Source: Podarcis vaucheri (Eukaryota). Taken from it: a stretch of DNA of 64,000 nt. A program made the translations under genes and the position numbers. The notes beneath the pieces are model-generated. The model was not told where the DNA came from and ran no database searches. It saw nothing but the letters and a program-made list of their open reading frames with translations. Below, piece after piece: positions 59,901-64,000 of the stretch. Numbering within the stretch: the stretch's first letter is position 1; each line of letters opens with the position of its first letter. Location of the stretch: NCBI GenBank assembly GCA_965113315.1, contig OZ220374.1. One strand, given 5' to 3'.

Positions 59901-62900
59901 TTTTTTAAAAAAACAACAACATCCCAGTCGATACCTGTATTAGATTTGAAATAGTTTTTATATATGTAATCGTTTTAACTATTTTTACACACGTAATGGT
60001 TTTTATTGTTATTGTGCAATTGTTTTATATCTGCTTTTATGGCATTGTGGAATTTCTTCAAGGTGCTTCATAGGAAGTGATCTATAAATGAATGAATAAC
60101 CACCGTTCTGAAGCTTCAGCCCAACAATGCCCATTCAGAAAACCAACCAACTTATACTGATCCGCTGTTCGACATTTATTATCATCTTAATTATGTTCAG
60201 GAGCGTTTCTCCTGTTACCATTGATCAATACTGGCTGCTCCACTTTTTAGCTGCCACTAACTGCAGGTTTTCATTGTGACTTTACTGTGTGGTGCTGTTT
60301 CTTTTTCAATTCCTTCAGTCGATCAATAGATAACTCAAGAGAGAGGGAGGCAGGGAGTCCTTAAATCCAGCCCTTCTCACACTTTTCCTTAGCAGCTGAT
60401 CAGCACCGCCGATGCCCTCCTCCTCCTAATGCCTGGCTTTACCTGGATTGGGGCATTGGAGCATCTATACTTCTGATAGGGATTTGCACTCAGGAATCAA
60501 CAAACACAGAATCCACGTGGTGCAAAGGAAAGGTCTACATTTGGTGTTTCTTCAGAAGAAACACCAGTGTTACCTATGCTCATAATAACCTCAAGCTAAA
60601 CTCTACTTTGTTGAAAAAAAAATTCCTTCCAGTAGCACCTTAAAGATCAACTAAGTTAGTTCTTGGTATGAGCTTTCTCATTCGTCAACAGGCTCATCTC
60701 AGCTATCTGCCAATCTCCCATTCCCACCACCCTTCTGAGTAATACCCCTCCCCACCTTCTCACTATATAGAAGGATCTGGCAACTTCTGTTTCAGTGTAT
60801 CTGAAGAAGTGTGCATGCACACGAAAGCTCATACCAAGAACTAACTTAGTTGGTCTTTAAGGTGCTACTGGAAGGAATTTTTTTATTTTGACTATGGCAG
60901 ACCAACACGGCTACCTATCTGTAACTCTACTTTGTTGGTAACTCTTTTTTTTAATCATGTGCATATTTGCAAGGTATTGATGATGCATCCTAGAGATTGA
61001 TGCACGTATTTGACAGGGAAGCCAGTGAGCTAACAGGCTGGGAATTTGAGGAGGAGAGATTTTCATTTATGCATGAATTATGATAATCTGTGCTTGGACC
61101 ACCCTAAAAATGGGGGCGGGGGGGGCGACAAAGCTTCTTTCTCCCCTCCACCCAAGTGTATCGTTTCTGCAACTCGTAATCATATTCTGGGCTCAAGTGT
61201 TTGTCTCCAATGAATTAAAAAGGAGAAGAAGTATCACAAAAGCCTGCCAATTCCAATCAGTGTGCCCCCCCCACTGCTATTTCAGCAGGTGGGTTTAATG
61301 GTTCAATGAGTATTCAGACTTGTTCCTGAAAAGCCTGCTCTCATCTTTATTGAAATCATAACCCTAGCGAAAGCTCCAAAGCAGCAGACTATTAAGTTTG
61401 GTTAAATGTTAGGATCCTCATTTAATTATGGCTCGCACAATTAGCTTTATCAGCAGAAAGAGGGTGGCCACGCCGGGACTCCAGAAAAGCCATTCTATTT
61501 GCTCACATAATTGCATCAAGAGGAAGGCGGGAGCTGAGTGGGAGAAACAAGAGGAGACTGACATATCTCCCAGAGAATTCTCAATTTATTTCCCTGCCTT
61601 GGGACCGCTGGGAACTCTTGTCTGCGCAGTACAAATAGCCGGCTCTTAATTAAATGTAAGCACACCATAATATTTGGTGGGATTTACAGTTATCTGATTG
61701 CTGCAGAATAGTCCCTTAATGTGGCCTCGTATTATGAAGTAAATAGAACTTTGCTAACAGGAGGCCATCACAATGGCTGTCTTTATCCAATACGGCAAGA
61801 GAGCACCGTATAAGAACCAGGCATATGATAATCAAATGCAAAGCGAGGCAATTTGGTAAAGCTTTGTGCTTGCCTATATCTATTTATATCACACTTATCT
61901 GGGAGTAAGGCTGCGTATACAGCATACATTTAGAGCACACGACTTCCCCCAAAGAACCCTGGAAACTATAGTTTGTTAAGGGTATTGGGAACTGTAGCCC
62001 TGTGAGGTGGGTAAACTATGACACCCATTTTGCTTTGGGGGAAGCCATGTAGTTTAAATGCATTGTGTGTATGCAGCCCAAGTCCCACTGAACTTCAGAA
62101 CAGACACGGCTAGGATTGCAATGGCTATATGGTTATTTTGCTTTTCCTTAGCCTTGGCTGCCTCTATCCCATCTCCAGCTTCACCTTCCTCACGTCTAGC
62201 CTTGCTTGAATGCATTTTCTCAAAGGTAGTTCTGTGCTGAACTTTTGAAAGGTATTGGTTTTGCTGCAAAAGTCAGCCATCTGTGGTGAGTGAAAAATCC
62301 TTACTTTCTAATCTTTTGTACAATTGGTTCTGCATCTGTTTGTAGGCCATATTCTCCAGGTCTGGTGCTTCTTGAGAGGACCATTTGCCTCCACTGTAAT
62401 CTCCTAAACTCAGCACTTCCCAAACTTGTTGGACGACTTGGAAATGAGGATCATTATTATTTAATGCATCTATAAACCACTTTTCTCCCAAGTTGGGATT
62501 CAAGGCAGCTTCCAACATGTAAAAACAACATAATAAAACATATTTAAAACAACACAAAAGTAAAAAACAAACTAGTAATTAAACTACACCAGAACACATT
62601 TAGAGCCAGCGATTAAAACACAGTTTGCCCAGTGATCAGCACCATTGGCAACTAACTTTCTGAACAGGAAGGTCTTAGCCTTCTGGTGAACAAAGAGGGA
62701 GTTAATCTAACCTCCCTTGGGAAAGAATTCCAGAGTATGGGAGAAGCTGTAGAAAAGGCTCTGTTTGCTGGGGATGTCAGCTGATCACTTAATAACTCCC
62801 CCCACTTAGTGCCACTATCATCATCATCAACAAAACCAGCTCTGTATTATGAAAATCTTGGGCCCTTAGGCCAGGGTGTTGAGAAGTTCCAGGTGATGTC

Positions 62901-63194
62901 CTCTAGCCTTCCTTTCCCCTCTTCTGTCAACTGACATAATTGCTATCCAACACCCCAACTATTATTCCACACTTCTAAGCAACCTCTTCCCCCTCTTCTT
63001 CCAATCTAAACCCAAAACACGGTTCATTATATTGTCTTTCAGCAAGCCTTTGACCTGTGGTGGGAACTTTGCCTTTCTTTCCAAACCCCCCCTCCCCAAT
63101 TACCGAAGTCTGAAATGCCTTCTCCTACCATGTAATGACCACTTACTTTGTGCATCTGATGTGTTGTGGACTGTTACCAGTGGAACTCTTGGAC
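46083..63194 (-). CDS. DPP6: Dipeptidyl-peptidase-like protein 6 (Kv4 auxiliary subunit), last 10 coding exons
   Basis: Exons (- strand) 63147-63194,59372-59470,57919-57988,52003-52197,51655-51709,50338-50449,49205-49263,48518-48590,48322-48395,46083-46229 join in frame: [12 protein letters not shown]...YPLLLVVDGTPG...DGRGSGFQG...FGKDYGGY...IHATADEKIHFQH...QIYPDEGHY...EEDDEE*. The GKDYG motif identifies DPP6 rather than DPP4 (GWSYG) or DPP10 (GKGYG). Confidence 0.96.
46410..47400 (+). mobile_element. Decayed L1-like LINE 3' fragment in the DPP6 last intron
   Basis: [25 protein letters not shown]...PEAFLLG...FMYITTAA; homologous to the 56025 ORF. Confidence 0.8.
46497..46707 (+). mobile_element. 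Internally deleted Sauria SINE nested in the LINE
   Basis: 14-bp TSD taacccaagattta; central body missing. Confidence 0.88.
47398..47458. repeat. (AAAG)n microsatellite at the LINE tail
   Basis: Direct reading. Confidence 0.95.
48322..48395 (-). CDS. DPP6: DPP6 exon ([24 protein letters not shown])
   Basis: cag/gtaaag boundaries. Confidence 0.94.
48518..48590 (-). CDS. DPP6: DPP6 exon ([24 protein letters not shown])
   Basis: cag/gtaagg boundaries. Confidence 0.93.
49205..49263 (-). CDS. DPP6: DPP6 exon ([19 protein letters not shown])
   Basis: cag/gtaatg boundaries. Confidence 0.94.
49507..49859. mobile_element. Tc1/mariner-type MITE (family of 17607)
   Basis: TIRs, TA flanks, internal (AGCCGCTAA)-like repeats. 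Confidence 0.85.
50338..50449 (-). CDS. DPP6: DPP6 exon ([12 protein letters not shown]...[14 protein letters not shown])
   Basis: cag/gtaaat boundaries. Confidence 0.94.
50605..50985 (+). mobile_element. L2-type LINE 3' end with (TAA)n tail
   Basis: ALNGLGP.YLKE.L...[14 protein letters not shown] motif, then 3' UTR and (AAT)n. Confidence 0.78.
51655..51709 (-). CDS. DPP6: DPP6 exon ([18 protein letters not shown])
   Basis: cag/gtgag boundaries. Confidence 0.93.
52003..52197 (-). CDS. DPP6: DPP6 exon ([18 protein letters not shown]...DGRGSGFQG...DQTEAV)
   Basis: tag/gtgaat boundaries; inside ORF 51999..52337. Confidence 0.95.
53492..53685 (+). mobile_element. tRNA-derived SINE, family 3, CR1-like tail (relatives at about 26555, 29360, 54670, 59700)
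   Basis: TAGCTCGGTTGGTTAG / GGTTCAATCCC boxes; tail ttccaactctatgat locally repeated. Confidence 0.7.
55746..56559 (-). mobile_element. 5'-truncated L1-like LINE, young, in a DPP6 intron (sense orientation)
   Basis: Uninterrupted 177-aa ORF2 C-terminus with CWKC...H..W.C knuckle; AATAAA plus polyA; TSD tgt(a/g)gtgaattgattttt. Confidence 0.88.
57919..57988 (-). CDS. DPP6: DPP6 exon ([22 protein letters not shown])
   Basis: tag/gtgagt boundaries. Confidence 0.93.
59372..59470 (-). CDS. DPP6: DPP6 exon ([32 protein letters not shown])
   Basis: cag/gtaagg boundaries; inside ORF 59316..59513. Confidence 0.93.
60614..60922 (+). mobile_element. Penelope-like fragment with inverted terminal arm and hammerhead motif
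   Basis: Inverted arms; TSD aactctactttgttg (60599-60613 / 60923-60937). Confidence 0.78.
60797..60834 (+). ncRNA. Minimal type I hammerhead ribozyme motif
   Basis: GTAT-CTGAAGA-A-GTGTGCATGCACAC-GAAA-GC-TC-ATAC: conserved core, stems I and II, palindromic AGCT in place of stem III. Confidence 0.72.
63147..63194 (-). CDS. DPP6: DPP6 exon ([15 protein letters not shown])
   Basis: aag/gtaagt boundaries, 48 nt. Confidence 0.9.
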
Positions 63195-64000
63195 CTTGAA
63201 AACAGGGAGAAAGAAATGCATCACATTAAAAAAAAGAGAGAAAGAGAGAGAGATAGAGAGGGAGATGCATCTAAAAATTATATTTAAGAGCCTGATTCCG
63301 AATCCCTTGGAGCCAGCCAAGGATTACATTTCATGGAAGGCTGATCTAAGCAGCAAATCACCCAGGGATAATTAGCAACCACCAAACAGAAAGACATGTA
63401 AGACAGACAGCCTTTCCCGATGGAGTGCTCAGTGTGTCTTCTCTAATTTGTCAATATTTTAATTAGCGCAAACACAATTAAAATCATTTGCTTTTTTTAG
63501 ATGATTCCAACATCGTGCAATTTATGCCGCACAAAGCATTTCTATCTTTATGCACCTGATGGATGGGGTTCAAGGGAAATGAAAGCTTTAAAGATGCAAA
63601 AATTTCTGGATAGTTTACTGCTAACAACAAGCTGTCATGGCCCCCTGGCTTCAGAAATCATCGCAGGACAGGATGCAGCAAGGTAGATTAATGCAATGTG
63701 CTGGAGGTGGAGAAGAGAAGGCAGTGATCACTGCTGTCAAAGAAAGCATGCAGACAGATCTAGACCATTAGATCAGTGGTATAAGTAAACCTCATTGCAT
63801 TTTGTTTAGGTATACAGTTTTCTTTCCCAGCTTCAGCTCAAGGGAAACCAGAACACAGCTGTTCACAGCACTGATTGGCTGGAAAGAAACCAGTGATGTC
63901 ACTAACACACACACACACACATCTGAAACTGTCTTTCAAGGTTGCAGAAATTGATTCTCAAAAAAGTTCAGAATGGAAAGAACTGCATGCTGCATTTTCA

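Noticed and set aside
46083-63194. DPP10 or active DPP4/FAP assignment
   Set aside because: The GKDYG motif, the acidic C-terminus and adjacency to PAXIP1 indicate DPP6.

Overview
Vertebrate (squamate, probably lacertid lizard) genomic DNA with two convergent, tail-to-tail genes, matching the PAXIP1-DPP6 arrangement known from human 7q36. On the + strand are 19 coding exons of PAXIP1/PTIP (475-22672; 5' end outside the window), including a polyQ exon and two minor-spliceosome (U12-type) introns: GT-AG at 519-1681 and AT-AC at 21638-22656. On the - strand are the last 10 coding exons of DPP6 (63194 to 46083), with the catalytically dead GKDYG motif. The rest is introns and intergenic DNA full of squamate mobile elements, many with readable target-site duplications (TSDs): Sauria SINEs, two other tRNA-SINE families, L1-like, L2 and BovB fragments, hAT and Tc1/mariner MITEs, solo LTRs and Penelope-like fragments. 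Most notable observations: (1) the terminal AT-AC intron of PAXIP1 encodes an alternative C-terminus if retained and contains nested U2-type splice sites; (2) Penelope-like insertions carry minimal hammerhead ribozymes, intact only antisense to the host genes; (3) a solo LTR is almost entirely one open reading frame; (4) several candidate conserved enhancers lie in and downstream of DPP6. All calls were made by eye with no database searches, and family names rest on recalled consensus features.
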